Origin: a virus | Reading direction: 5' to 3' (one strand) | Length of the DNA: 64,000 bases | IMG/VR virus record: IMGVR_UViG_3300032116_015770 | In this document: positions 1 through 9,195 of the stretch, one piece after another | How positions within the stretch are numbered: position 1 is the first letter of the stretch | How the letters are laid out: the number at the start of each line of letters is the position of its first letter | Program-made: the position numbers and the translations under genes | The notes under the pieces: model-generated | Told to the model about the DNA's origin: nothing | Database searches by the model: none | The model's input: the letters and a program-made list of their open reading frames with translations, nothing else

Positions 1-150
1 TCTAGTCAGATAACAGGTTCATTTTCTATTGCGGATACAATATATCAAAACTACCACTCTAATAACAGTCAAGTTCTAGCTGTTATAGGATATAAATTAG
101 CTAATAACGCTGATACTAAAGCGTCTTTACGTTGGATAGAGGTAAGATGA
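1..150 (+). CDS. 3' end of hypothetical phage protein (partial)
   Basis: Frame 1 open from base 1 to TGA 148-150 (...KASLRWIEVR*); the stop overlaps the next ATG (ATGA). Confidence 0.7.
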   Translation, partial: SSQITGSFSIADTIYQNYHSNNSQVLAVIGYKLANNADTKASLRWIEVR

Positions 151-767
151 AGACATTTAAACAAGTTAGAGAAAATTTTATGGATGGTCGTAATCCTCAA
201 GATAAAGGGGATATGGCTAGACATGGTTTAAAGGGTAAATCTATTACTCAATTAAAAAAGATCAGATCATCTGACACAGCTACTAAGCGCCAAAAGCAAC
301 TTGCTCATTGGAAAATTAATATGACGCAAGGTAGACGTAAGATGGATGAAGAGCTAGACGAAGGTATCAAACAAGCTATTGCTGCTACTGCCCTAGCTAC
401 CGCAGCAGCTGCTTCGCCTCATACACATGCACAAGAACCTGTACAACATCCAAGCAATCCACATTTGGTTGCTCATGTTGAGCACGAAGGTAAAGTTCAT
501 AGATTTGACCTTGAAAAGATGTTTAAATCTCATGAACATGCGAGAAAACATATGACGTCCGCTTTAAAGAAGCATGGTATGGGTGGTGCGATCATGCATA
601 TTTCTGTTAAAGATCATGAGGAAAAATCCCCTTCCTACTCTGTAAAGCATAACGCATATATGGAAAAAGAGCCTTATTCACACAAAGGAAGTTCTACTGA
701 TTATTCGGATAACAAGCCTTATTCACCGAAACATTCAGATAAAGACTACTTTTCTCCAGCAAAATAA
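147..767 (+). CDS. Hypothetical modular protein, probable head-internal protein
   Basis: ATG 147 (ATGA overlap) gives MKTFKQVRE, resembling the T4 internal-protein capsid-targeting peptide MKTYQEFIAE. Confidence 0.65.
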   Translation: MKTFKQVRENFMDGRNPQDKGDMARHGLKGKSITQLKKIRSSDTATKRQKQLAHWKINMTQGRRKMDEELDEGIKQAIAATALATAAAASPHTHAQEPVQHPSNPHLVAHVEHEGKVHRFDLEKMFKSHEHARKHMTSALKKHGMGGAIMHISVKDHEEKSPSYSVKHNAYMEKEPYSHKGSSTDYSDNKPYSPKHSDKDYFSPAK

Positions 768-770
768 AAA

Positions 771-778
771 GATAAATA
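771..778 (+). promoter_or_regulatory. T4-type late promoter GATAAATA
   Basis: Intergenic match to TATAAATA (1 mismatch) about 30 nt before ATG 808. Confidence 0.6.
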
Positions 779-807
779 ATCCAATTGTAACGTTTTTAAT
801 ATATCCA

Positions 808-2010
808 ATGGCCTTCAAAGAATACTTAAAAGAAGCTGAAAAAGCTAAAACAGCCGCCATCTTATTTGGTCGCATGAACCCTCCTACTTCCGGTCACGAA
901 GAGAACGTAGAGGGTCTTAAAAAAATTGCTAAACAGCATAATGCCGATCATCTGGTAATTGCATCTCATTCTCAGGATGCAAAGAAAAATCCTCTTACTG
1001 CACAGCAAAAAACTAAACATTTAAAGCGTGCGTTTCCCGGTACAAATATTACCACCTCTTCAAAAGAAAAACCTACTATCTTCCATCATCTTTCTGATTT
1101 GCATAGCAAAGGTTATGAGCATGTAGTTATTGCAGGTGGTTCAGACAGAGCTGAAGAGTATAATCGTCTTAAAGCTTACAATGGTAAAGAAGGTAAGCAC
1201 GGGTATTATAATTTTAAATCCATTAAAACAGTTAATACTGGTGAAAGGAAGCAAGGTGTATCCGGTACTGATATGCGCACACATGCCACTAATAATGACT
1301 TTGCATCTTTTAGAAAAGGTCTACCAAGTAAACTTGCAGCCCATGAGGGACATGCAAAAGAATTATTTCACGATGTTAGATCAGGTATGGGACTTCACGA
1401 AATCTACGACCCACATTTAAAAGTATCTAAGTATCAATGGGGTGAAATAGAAGGAGTAAATAAAATGAAATCTATGACACCAGGTGAAAAACAACAGAAG
1501 AAAAAGATACGTGAAGATTATGTTTCCGGTAATACCTTTAAATTATATGAGAATGTTCGTACAATAGAGGGTAAGGATGCCAAAGTTGTTTTCCGGGGTT
1601 CGAATTATGTAACATTAAAGTACTTAGATGGTACCGTAGAGAAAAGATGGCTACATGATGTAATGGAAGCTAAGGTACCAGTTACGTATAGAACATTTGT
1701 TTCTAATAACGAAAGAAAAATTCCTTTACTTCTAATGAACGAAGATCAAAGACGTGAATTAGTAGAGCAAAGAATGCAACTTGAGTTCGATGGTATTGAA
1801 ACTAAGAACTTTGATATGTGTGCTGATGCTTTCGCACAATTTAGAAAAATGATTGAAACAATTCGTAACGGTGGCTTATTAGGTGAACCAACCGGTCACG
1901 CAGTTACTCCATCCCACAGTGCCCCTACTCATAAAACAGTGCAAGCTGGTATTGCTATGAAACCCGATACTATGAGACGTATGCAATTTAAACAATACTT
2001 GAACGTATAA
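808..2010 (+). CDS. Cytidylyltransferase-like (HxGH nucleotidyltransferase) protein with C-terminal extensions
   Basis: FGRMNPPTSGH, AGGSDR and SGTDMR motifs typical of the T4-like phage cytidyltransferase family. Confidence 0.8.
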   Translation: MAFKEYLKEAEKAKTAAILFGRMNPPTSGHEENVEGLKKIAKQHNADHLVIASHSQDAKKNPLTAQQKTKHLKRAFPGTNITTSSKEKPTIFHHLSDLHSKGYEHVVIAGGSDRAEEYNRLKAYNGKEGKHGYYNFKSIKTVNTGERKQGVSGTDMRTHATNNDFASFRKGLPSKLAAHEGHAKELFHDVRSGMGLHEIYDPHLKVSKYQWGEIEGVNKMKSMTPGEKQQKKKIREDYVSGNTFKLYENVRTIEGKDAKVVFRGSNYVTLKYLDGTVEKRWLHDVMEAKVPVTYRTFVSNNERKIPLLLMNEDQRRELVEQRMQLEFDGIETKNFDMCADAFAQFRKMIETIRNGGLLGEPTGHAVTPSHSAPTHKTVQAGIAMKPDTMRRMQFKQYLNV

Positions 2011-2014
2011 TACT

Positions 2015-2443
2015 ATGTTAAAAGATACTTTAAAACAAACTTTAGCAGATGCTTTTACTTTTTATTTAAAAGCTCAATTTTATCATTGGAATGTAGAGGG
2101 TCCTGATTTCGTTCAATATCATGATTTTCTAGGTGAGTTGTATGAGGACGTGCAAGGGTCGGTAGATACCATTGCTGAACTAATTCGTACTTTAGATGAA
2201 TACGCACCGGGTACTTTAAGACGTATGCAAGAACTAACATCTATTACAGAGTCGGATGTTATTCCTAACGGTCTAGAGATGATGCGCAATTTATTTACAG
2301 AGAATTTAAAATTGTTAGCTACATTAATGACAGCTTATAAAGATGCTACTGACGCTGGTGAAGAAGGTATTGCTAATTATCTACAAGACAGAATTCAAGC
2401 TCATGAAAAACATAGTTGGATGTTAAGGTCTATAATCAAATGA
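2015..2443 (+). CDS. dps: Dps/ferritin-like DNA protection protein
   Basis: HWNVEGPDFVQYH...LYE...D.IAE ferroxidase signature and C-terminal HEKHSWML. Confidence 0.92.
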   Translation: MLKDTLKQTLADAFTFYLKAQFYHWNVEGPDFVQYHDFLGELYEDVQGSVDTIAELIRTLDEYAPGTLRRMQELTSITESDVIPNGLEMMRNLFTENLKLLATLMTAYKDATDAGEEGIANYLQDRIQAHEKHSWMLRSIIK

Positions 2444-3417
2444 AATTAGAAAATCCAGAATTAAATAAGCAGCATGAGTTGCTAAAAAACGCCATGCAGG
2501 CTACTGACAACTACTTGTTTATTGAAAAAAAAGCAAAAGAGTTAGGTAAAGCTACCCCTCATATGATACATGATTTTACCTATCATATGTCTGCTGCCCA
2601 TGATGCTTTAGAGGCATTGGGTGTACTTAATCAACATGAAGACTACATGAAAGTACATGTTGAAGAAATGCGAAAATTAGCTATTCACGATGACCCGGTA
2701 TTAGCTGATTTACCCTACGCGCATGTACCAGCTTCGGATGTTGGTGAGGTAGAAGAAGCTGTAAAAATGCCAATGTCTGCGCATGAAAAGTTTAAACAAG
2801 GTCTTAAAAAGTCAGGTTATGATCCAGATGCAGGAGCCAAAAGATTATTAGACGTTATTGCTAAGAATAAAAAAGCCCGTGAAGATTTTGAAGCAAAGCA
2901 GAAAAAAGATCATGAAGCTCATTTAGAGCGTATGTCAAAACTTAATACTGAAGAAACTGAATCAGATGAGGAAGATAATTTAACCGAAGATGACTTAGAT
3001 AAAATGGTAAATGATCTTACATGGGAAGATATTGTAGATTATTACGAAGATGATGAGCTTGTTGAAGATGATAAAGAAGAAATAGAAGAAGCTCTCTCCG
3101 CTCAAGCTCGCATGAAAAAGAGACAAGCTTTTTCTAGAACCAAAGGCAAAAGAGGTGTAGCGTTACGTATGAAATTGCGTCGTGCCTCTACTTCTGAAAC
3201 CTTAAAGAAAAGAGCGATCTTAGCCGCCCGTAGAGCTTTGTACAAGCGTCTTTTACGTGGAAGAGATAAATCACAATTATCAGCTTCTGAAAAGTCTAGA
3301 GTTGAGCAGCAAGTGAAGAGAATGAAGACCTTCCAAAATAATCTAGTATTAAAAATGATGCCAAAGATTCGTTCTATTGAACAAAAAAGATTAGCTCACT
3401 ACAGGTCAAAAAAGTGA
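2440..3417 (+). CDS. Hypothetical protein with acidic middle and basic C-terminus, probable head-internal protein
   Basis: ATG 2440 overlaps the dps stop; modules separated by Glu-rich linkers. Confidence 0.6.
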   Translation: MKLENPELNKQHELLKNAMQATDNYLFIEKKAKELGKATPHMIHDFTYHMSAAHDALEALGVLNQHEDYMKVHVEEMRKLAIHDDPVLADLPYAHVPASDVGEVEEAVKMPMSAHEKFKQGLKKSGYDPDAGAKRLLDVIAKNKKAREDFEAKQKKDHEAHLERMSKLNTEETESDEEDNLTEDDLDKMVNDLTWEDIVDYYEDDELVEDDKEEIEEALSAQARMKKRQAFSRTKGKRGVALRMKLRRASTSETLKKRAILAARRALYKRLLRGRDKSQLSASEKSRVEQQVKRMKTFQNNLVLKMMPKIRSIEQKRLAHYRSKK

Positions 3418-3836
3418 AACAGTTTAAACATTTAAGACAGGAACTGTTTGAAGAAAGTTGTCCTGTAGCAACTCAAAACTTAGATGTGAATGTTGCTAAT
3501 AGACAACATGCTATAGATGAATATCATTATGGGCCTGCTAATCCAGACGTACCAGGTGACTATTGGAAAAAAGCCGCTAAAATTTGGGGCATAGATGAAA
3601 AAACTGCTATGTCTATGAAGTGTGAAAATTGCGCTGCATTTGATATCTCAGACAAAATGAGAAGATGTATAGAAGTAGGTATGAAAGGTAAGGAAGATGC
3701 GGCAGATACGATGGCAACTGCAGAAAAAGCCGATCTAGGTTATTGTAATATATTACATTTTAAATGCGCAGGTACAAGATCCTGTAGTGTATGGTTAACT
3801 AACGGTCCTATCGATAATCAAGACAGAACTGAGTAA
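3414..3836 (+). CDS. Cys-rich hypothetical protein (HiPIP-like cysteine pattern)
   Basis: CENCAAF...GYC...C.....CSVW; N-terminus MKQFKHLRQELFEE. Confidence 0.6.
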   Translation: MKQFKHLRQELFEESCPVATQNLDVNVANRQHAIDEYHYGPANPDVPGDYWKKAAKIWGIDEKTAMSMKCENCAAFDISDKMRRCIEVGMKGKEDAADTMATAEKADLGYCNILHFKCAGTRSCSVWLTNGPIDNQDRTE

Positions 3837-3838
3837 TA

Positions 3839-4459
3839 ATGTTTACAGTTACAGATAGTAACTTGAGGCCTTTTTTACATTTATGTAATCGAGTAAGTAA
3901 CGATGTAATAAATGAGCAGTATATTAGATATTTTGATAATGATGGTTTTGAGTTATCATACCTTGAGCAAGAATACTATAGAGAAAATAACATTAACATG
4001 AATTCCTGCCTTAATCATACATGCGATCAAAAAGTATGGTTTGAAGGTGGTAGTGATGGTTTAAAAGTTGATCATGCTTTAATTCTACATAGATGGGAAT
4101 TTCAAGGTGAAGCAAGATGTCAACTTTTAAATCATGTTCACAGGTTTCGCGAGCTTAATAAATACTTAATGCTTAAGCCCAAGTGGGGTATAGATTTTGC
4201 ATTAGAGTATTATACTGAGAATGAAGCTATTGAGGTAATGCATTTTGAAAATGACTATCCTTCTTATCAGCTAGCTCAAGAAGCAAAATTATATTTTGAG
4301 AATAAAATATTAAGTACTGATTGGTTAGATTTTGCTAAGTATCTAATTAATAATAAAGACCAATGGCAGTACTTACAGGGCATGGCTCAAAATGATTGGA
4401 AAGCTAAACATTGGGGCCTTAATAAAGCAGAAGAAACATTAAAGTCATTCACACAATGA
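3839..4459 (+). CDS. Hypothetical protein
   Basis: 206-aa ORF tightly packed in the operon. Confidence 0.65.
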   Translation: MFTVTDSNLRPFLHLCNRVSNDVINEQYIRYFDNDGFELSYLEQEYYRENNINMNSCLNHTCDQKVWFEGGSDGLKVDHALILHRWEFQGEARCQLLNHVHRFRELNKYLMLKPKWGIDFALEYYTENEAIEVMHFENDYPSYQLAQEAKLYFENKILSTDWLDFAKYLINNKDQWQYLQGMAQNDWKAKHWGLNKAEETLKSFTQ

Positions 4460-4998
4460 AATTTAAAGAATATTTACAGAGCGAAGCAGTTTGGGATCAG
4501 CCTAATCCTAATAGGGGTAAGGGTGGTAAAATGACACCAGCTCAGAAAGCAGAAGCTAAACGTCGTGCCAAAGCTGCAGGTAGACCATATCCAAATTTAG
4601 TAGATAACATGGCTGCTATGAAAGAGTCAATTATCTACAATACTTATTTTTGTGGTGAGGATGATGGTATAGTTGAAGATGTATTTACATCAGATGGAAA
4701 TGATCTTTATGAGGACTGGGGAGAGTTATCCGAAGAGGATAATGAGGGTAAGAAGCTTAACAAGCCGTTTCTTACACCAGGTGGTCCAAAAAAGAGAGCA
4801 GTTTACGTTAAGAATGACAAAGGTAACACAGTAAAAGTAAGCTTTGGGGATCCTAATCTTTCTATTAAAAGAGATGATCCTGAAAGAAGAAAAAGTTTTA
4901 GAGCCAGACATAATTGCAGCGATCCTGGTCCAAAATGGAAAGCAAGATATTGGTCATGTAAGTACTGGTCTTCTACCCCAGTTTCAAAATTAGATTAA
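4456..4998 (+). CDS. Two-module hypothetical protein (C-terminal DUF6321-like basic domain)
   Basis: VSFGDP...RRKSFRARHNC...ARYWSC..W motif common in phages; N-terminus MKFKEYLQSE. Confidence 0.65.
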   Translation: MKFKEYLQSEAVWDQPNPNRGKGGKMTPAQKAEAKRRAKAAGRPYPNLVDNMAAMKESIIYNTYFCGEDDGIVEDVFTSDGNDLYEDWGELSEEDNEGKKLNKPFLTPGGPKKRAVYVKNDKGNTVKVSFGDPNLSIKRDDPERRKSFRARHNCSDPGPKWKARYWSCKYWSSTPVSKLD

Positions 4999-5009
4999 GA
5001 GGAATAACA

Positions 5010-5702
5010 ATGTACGATTTAAGATCAATTTCAAAAAGTCTTCAGGATGCAGCTAGAGAAATTCTAGAAGCAAAAAAACCATTACATCCTAATCAGCAGA
5101 AGATTGATGTTCATGAGCCTGAGAAGGATAAAATTACAGCTAAAGATTTTGAGATGCTTCGCAAAGGTAAAAAAGTTGCTGAAGAAAAGATGAAAGAAAA
5201 AGAAGATGAGATGGAAGATGAGAACGATATGGATGATGAAAAAGAGGATAAAAAGAAAAAGCGTATGCATGAAGCGCGCTCGAAGAAATTCTTAGCTAAA
5301 GAAGATGTAGATGTGATGGATGATGCAGATGAGATTCTTTTAGCTACACCAATCGTGGTAGATATTAAAGAGTCATATATGTTTGGTGACTACTTATTAG
5401 CAGCTAAAGAAATTGTAGGTGAAGATCAAGCTATTGAGTTAGCTAACTATGCTTTCAATAAGCAAGACACTAATTTGTTTGTTGAACAAGTGACCAGAAG
5501 CGATATTATGTCAAAAGTTGCAACTCACAAAGCTGCAGGTCACCAAGTCTCTGAGCCTAAATATATGACAAAGGATGGTAAGCTCCATGCCGAATATGTA
5601 GTGACCGATAAGGAAACTGGTATTCGTAGAAAGTATATTCATCATGGAACTTCGCGAAAAGTCGAAAACATGGGCGCCAAAGGTAAAAGAGACGACGAAT
5701 AA
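5010..5702 (+). CDS. Highly charged hypothetical protein, probable prohead core/internal protein
   Basis: SD GAGG; K/E/D-rich, with several (L/I/V/M)xE motifs. Confidence 0.6.
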   Translation: MYDLRSISKSLQDAAREILEAKKPLHPNQQKIDVHEPEKDKITAKDFEMLRKGKKVAEEKMKEKEDEMEDENDMDDEKEDKKKKRMHEARSKKFLAKEDVDVMDDADEILLATPIVVDIKESYMFGDYLLAAKEIVGEDQAIELANYAFNKQDTNLFVEQVTRSDIMSKVATHKAAGHQVSEPKYMTKDGKLHAEYVVTDKETGIRRKYIHHGTSRKVENMGAKGKRDDE

Positions 5703-5712
5703 GGAGAATTAA

Positions 5713-6219
5713 ATGTCTTCATGGGGCAATTTAGATAACGTTGCTGCGACAGGTACCGTTACTGCATATGCTGGAAACACCCGTGTTAATGGTTCGGGTA
5801 CAGCATTTACATCAAACATTAAAGAGGGTGACTATCTTACAATTACAGGTTCAAAGTATCAAGTTGCAACTATTGCATCTGATACATCATTAGAGCTTAC
5901 AAGTAATGGTAAGGCTGTATCAGGGGCTACTGCTTATATTCAACAGGGCCCAAAGTACATTAGTAATGTTGCTGTTTCTGAAAATGTTTATACAATTCAG
6001 AGAGTTTACGGTGTAGATAGAACTGAAATTGGTGTTGCTAATGCAGCAGCAAACGCATCACATACCGGGTGGATCCATTTTACGGATTATACAGATGCCA
6101 ATGGTAGTTATAGGCGTAAGTCAGAAGTCTTAGTAGCTATGTCTAAAAACTTTAATGCAAATGTTACCGGGCATCTACAAACTGATGCTGCTGATGACAC
6201 CGTACTACCAGATAGTTAA
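5713..6219 (+). CDS. Putative virion structural protein
   Basis: SD AAGGAG; MSSWG start and GW...RRKSEVLVAM motif of T4-like structural proteins. Confidence 0.6.
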   Translation: MSSWGNLDNVAATGTVTAYAGNTRVNGSGTAFTSNIKEGDYLTITGSKYQVATIASDTSLELTSNGKAVSGATAYIQQGPKYISNVAVSENVYTIQRVYGVDRTEIGVANAAANASHTGWIHFTDYTDANGSYRRKSEVLVAMSKNFNANVTGHLQTDAADDTVLPDS

Positions 6220-6221
6220 TA

Positions 6222-6662
6222 ATGGCTGATTCAAAAGTTAGTGAACTAACAGCTGCCACCACCGTAGGTGGCAGCGACCTCTTATATCTGGTACAAAGCA
6301 ATACTAGTAAAAGATTACCTATCTCTACATTATTCGCAAACGCTAATAATGTTAACCTTAAAGGTAATGTTAATTTAGGTTCTAGCTCACAAGCACTAGA
6401 ATCTACTGGTAGTATAGATTTAGGTAATGTTGTTACAGTCTTGACATCAGATGCATCTGGAGGTAATGTTACTATCCCTAATGGAACACCAAATGCCTTG
6501 AAGATACTCGTAATGGGTAGTACTTCAGGTGGTTCGTACACATTAAGGGGAAATATTGCTGGTAATGCAAATGTATTATTTACTTCTGCAGGAAACACAG
6601 CTACACTTTTATATACCAGCGACAAGTGGTATATGATTGGGGGAACTGCTCAATTAATCTAA
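6222..6662 (+). CDS. Putative virion structural protein
   Basis: MADSKVSELTAAT fibre-type N-terminus; G/T/N-rich beta composition. Confidence 0.55.
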   Translation: MADSKVSELTAATTVGGSDLLYLVQSNTSKRLPISTLFANANNVNLKGNVNLGSSSQALESTGSIDLGNVVTVLTSDASGGNVTIPNGTPNALKILVMGSTSGGSYTLRGNIAGNANVLFTSAGNTATLLYTSDKWYMIGGTAQLI

Positions 6663-6663
6663 T

Positions 6664-7053
6664 ATGAGTTTTGAATTGACCGAAGATAATTTTGTATTGT
6701 ACGCTATGAAACATTATGATAATCCATCATGTAGTGGAATAGCTGAATTTAATGATGATTTAAAAAGATTTAGATATCTAAAAAGACTATTTAAAAAATA
6801 TAAGGCCGGTTCCGGTTTAAAGGAAAGACTTATTTTAAATCATATAGTAGTATTATATAATTTGTTTGGCGCATCAACAGTAAAAATGTTATTTTTTAAA
6901 ATTGATGTAAAACACTGGTCGCAGTTAAAAACTTTCCTAGTATTTTTAAGTTATATGCCGGTAGGTTTTACAGCTAGATCTTCTGAAGTAGAAATGCAGG
7001 GTTACGAAATACCACTAGACGATAAAGTTGCTAATGCGTTAGGTAAAATATAA
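6664..7053 (+). CDS. Conserved T4-like hypothetical protein
   Basis: YAMKHYDNP.C...EF.DDLKRFRYLKRL...ERLILNHI motif. Confidence 0.75.
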   Translation: MSFELTEDNFVLYAMKHYDNPSCSGIAEFNDDLKRFRYLKRLFKKYKAGSGLKERLILNHIVVLYNLFGASTVKMLFFKIDVKHWSQLKTFLVFLSYMPVGFTARSSEVEMQGYEIPLDDKVANALGKI

Positions 7054-7602
7054 ATGGGACGCTTTGTAGATTCAGTTATTGCTTATAGAATTTTAAAAAT
7101 GTTAGTAACTCCGTTTGAAGAAACGGATGCCTACTCACTTGGTATTATTGATGCCAAGGGTAAAGAGCTTAAAAAAATGAGTCAATTGAATACTGTCCAA
7201 GAAAGGGATTCGTATTCAATACTACATAGAATGATTTTTAGAATTAAAAGAATTATAGAAAAGGTTCCTGTTGAGTCTAAGAAGATAGCTACTTTTGCTG
7301 CAGCGTTGGCTTTAATAAAAGAAAATTATAATAGTACTCAAGAGCCTATAGATTTAGAGACACAGTTTCTAAATAGAATAAATATTAATCATGTAGACGA
7401 AATCATGATTTGCGAGCAGTTTTTTAGTAAAAATAATACTAAAACCTTTAAACAGTTTTTGGAAGATGCTCCTGCAAACAATGCAGCCGCTACCCCAGGT
7501 ATTGCGGGATTTACCCCAGAAACTCTAGGTGTAAAAAAGAAACCTAAATTAATTAGAAGAAAGAGACTAGACAATGTTTCAATTCCTTTTAAACCTATTT
7601 AA
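7054..7602 (+). CDS. Conserved T4-like hypothetical protein
   Basis: YRILKMLVTPFEETDAYSLGIID motif; internal KTFKQFLE/DAPAN. Confidence 0.7.
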   Translation: MGRFVDSVIAYRILKMLVTPFEETDAYSLGIIDAKGKELKKMSQLNTVQERDSYSILHRMIFRIKRIIEKVPVESKKIATFAAALALIKENYNSTQEPIDLETQFLNRININHVDEIMICEQFFSKNNTKTFKQFLEDAPANNAAATPGIAGFTPETLGVKKKPKLIRRKRLDNVSIPFKPI

Positions 7603-7765
7603 GGGTAAAAAGAAGGAAATAGTAGAACCGGCCGTTGAGCCGGTTCCGTTACCTTCGCCACCAGAAGAAATTAAAGTAGAAGTAAATTCTCAAATTACAG
7701 ACGCGGTTACTCAAGTTGAGAAGCCAGCTAAGTCAAAAAAACCCCGTCAGTCTAAGAAGAAGTAA
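7574..7765 (+). CDS. Small hypothetical protein
   Basis: Overlaps both neighbours; amphipathic N-terminus, Lys-rich tail. Confidence 0.55.
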   Translation: MFQFLLNLFKGKKKEIVEPAVEPVPLPSPPEEIKVEVNSQITDAVTQVEKPAKSKKPRQSKKK

Positions 7766-8124
7766 TGGCAACTGAAATGGCAAGAACAAGACCCGAGGAT
7801 ACTGCCTCTAGAATTTCTGTCCTTGAAAGCCAAGTAGAGGATATTTCGGCTGACGTTTTAAAACTAGAAGTAAAAATTGATGCAAATTATTCTACGCTTC
7901 ATCATAGAATAAGTGACTTACGTGATGATATTCACGCTAATATTGACGCAAAGCATACCCTGCTTGTCGACAAACTAGACAAACAGGCTCTTAATAGTAC
8001 ATTACAACATCAAGCATTATCTGAAAAAATTCAATCTATTGAAAAATGGCGTTGGATGATTATGGGTGGTGCAGTTGTAGTTGGTTATGTACTTGCGCAT
8101 GTAAAGTTAGATAGTTTATTCTAA
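7765..8124 (+). CDS. Coiled-coil protein with C-terminal transmembrane helix
   Basis: Heptad pattern followed by IEKWRWMIMGGAVVVGYVL. Confidence 0.65.
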   Translation: MATEMARTRPEDTASRISVLESQVEDISADVLKLEVKIDANYSTLHHRISDLRDDIHANIDAKHTLLVDKLDKQALNSTLQHQALSEKIQSIEKWRWMIMGGAVVVGYVLAHVKLDSLF

Positions 8125-8133
8125 CCTTTTTAA

Positions 8134-8162
8134 TTGATTATGTTTAAGTGATAACTTATAAT
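8134..8162 (+). promoter_or_regulatory. Sigma70-type early promoter TTGATT-N17-TATAAT
   Basis: -35 at 8134-8139, 17-nt spacer, -10 at 8157-8162, upstream of the primase SD AGGAGG. Confidence 0.8.
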
Positions 8163-8184
8163 TGAGTCTCTAGGAGGCTTAATT

Positions 8185-9195
8185 ATGTCGGTTTTTCTCG
8201 ACCAAAAATATCTACTGTTAATTAGTAACCGTCTTCCTTTGTTCAAAAAGAAAAAGGATCAGGTTTATAATTGTCGCTGTATTCTTTGCGGTGATTCAGC
8301 CAAGAAGAAAAATAAAGCGAGAGGCTACTTCTTTGCCTTTAAGACTGACTTAATGTATAAATGCTACAACTGTGGTGCATCTATGCAGTTTGGTACATTT
8401 TTAAAAGGAGTAGATACTCTTATACATTCCGAGTATGCTTTGGAAAGATATAGTGAAGGGCATGTAAATTCAAATGTAAGGTTACAGTTTACCTTTGAAG
8501 AACCTAAATTTGTTGAAGCAGAAGAAGCATTACTAGATAAAATCCTTGACAGGTTAGACAAGTTAGATGACACTAATGAAGCAGTGCAGTATTGTATAAA
8601 GAGAAATATACCAAAAGAAAAATTTAAACAATTATATTTTATAGACAACATTGCAAATATTGTTCAGTTAAATGATAAGTATAAAGCTAGCATCAAAGGA
8701 CAAGAACCCAGACTGGTACTACCGTTTTATGACGAACACGGCCAATTATCTGGAGTTACCTGTAGAGCACTCAGAGGGGAAGCTCTACGCTATGTTACCA
8801 TCAAAGTCAAAGAAGAAGTACCGCTCATATTCGGATTCGACTCAGTCGATAAAGAAAAAACAGTCTACGTAGTAGAAGGTCCTATTGATAGTCTTTTTTT
8901 ACCTAATAGCATAGCTATAGGTAGTTCTGATCTTAAAACAGTAGGGAAGATTAATTTACCTAAAGAAAAATTAGTATTAATCTTTGATAATCAACCTCGT
9001 AATACTGAAATATGCAAGTTAATTGACAAGGCTATAACTAATAATTATAAAGTAGTAGTATGGCCACAAACACTCCAGTATAAAGATATTAATGAGATGG
9101 TTCTTGGTGGTATAGACCCCGTTAAAATTATTAATAGTAATACATTTGAAGGTTTGACAGCAAAAGCAAAACTTATGTCATGGAAGCGGTGTTAG
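8185..9195 (+). CDS. gp61: DNA primase (T4 gp61-like)
   Basis: Zn finger CILCGDS...CYNCG; TOPRIM VVEGPIDSLF, FDN, KDINEM. Confidence 0.93.
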   Translation: MSVFLDQKYLLLISNRLPLFKKKKDQVYNCRCILCGDSAKKKNKARGYFFAFKTDLMYKCYNCGASMQFGTFLKGVDTLIHSEYALERYSEGHVNSNVRLQFTFEEPKFVEAEEALLDKILDRLDKLDDTNEAVQYCIKRNIPKEKFKQLYFIDNIANIVQLNDKYKASIKGQEPRLVLPFYDEHGQLSGVTCRALRGEALRYVTIKVKEEVPLIFGFDSVDKEKTVYVVEGPIDSLFLPNSIAIGSSDLKTVGKINLPKEKLVLIFDNQPRNTEICKLIDKAITNNYKVVVWPQTLQYKDINEMVLGGIDPVKIINSNTFEGLTAKAKLMSWKRC

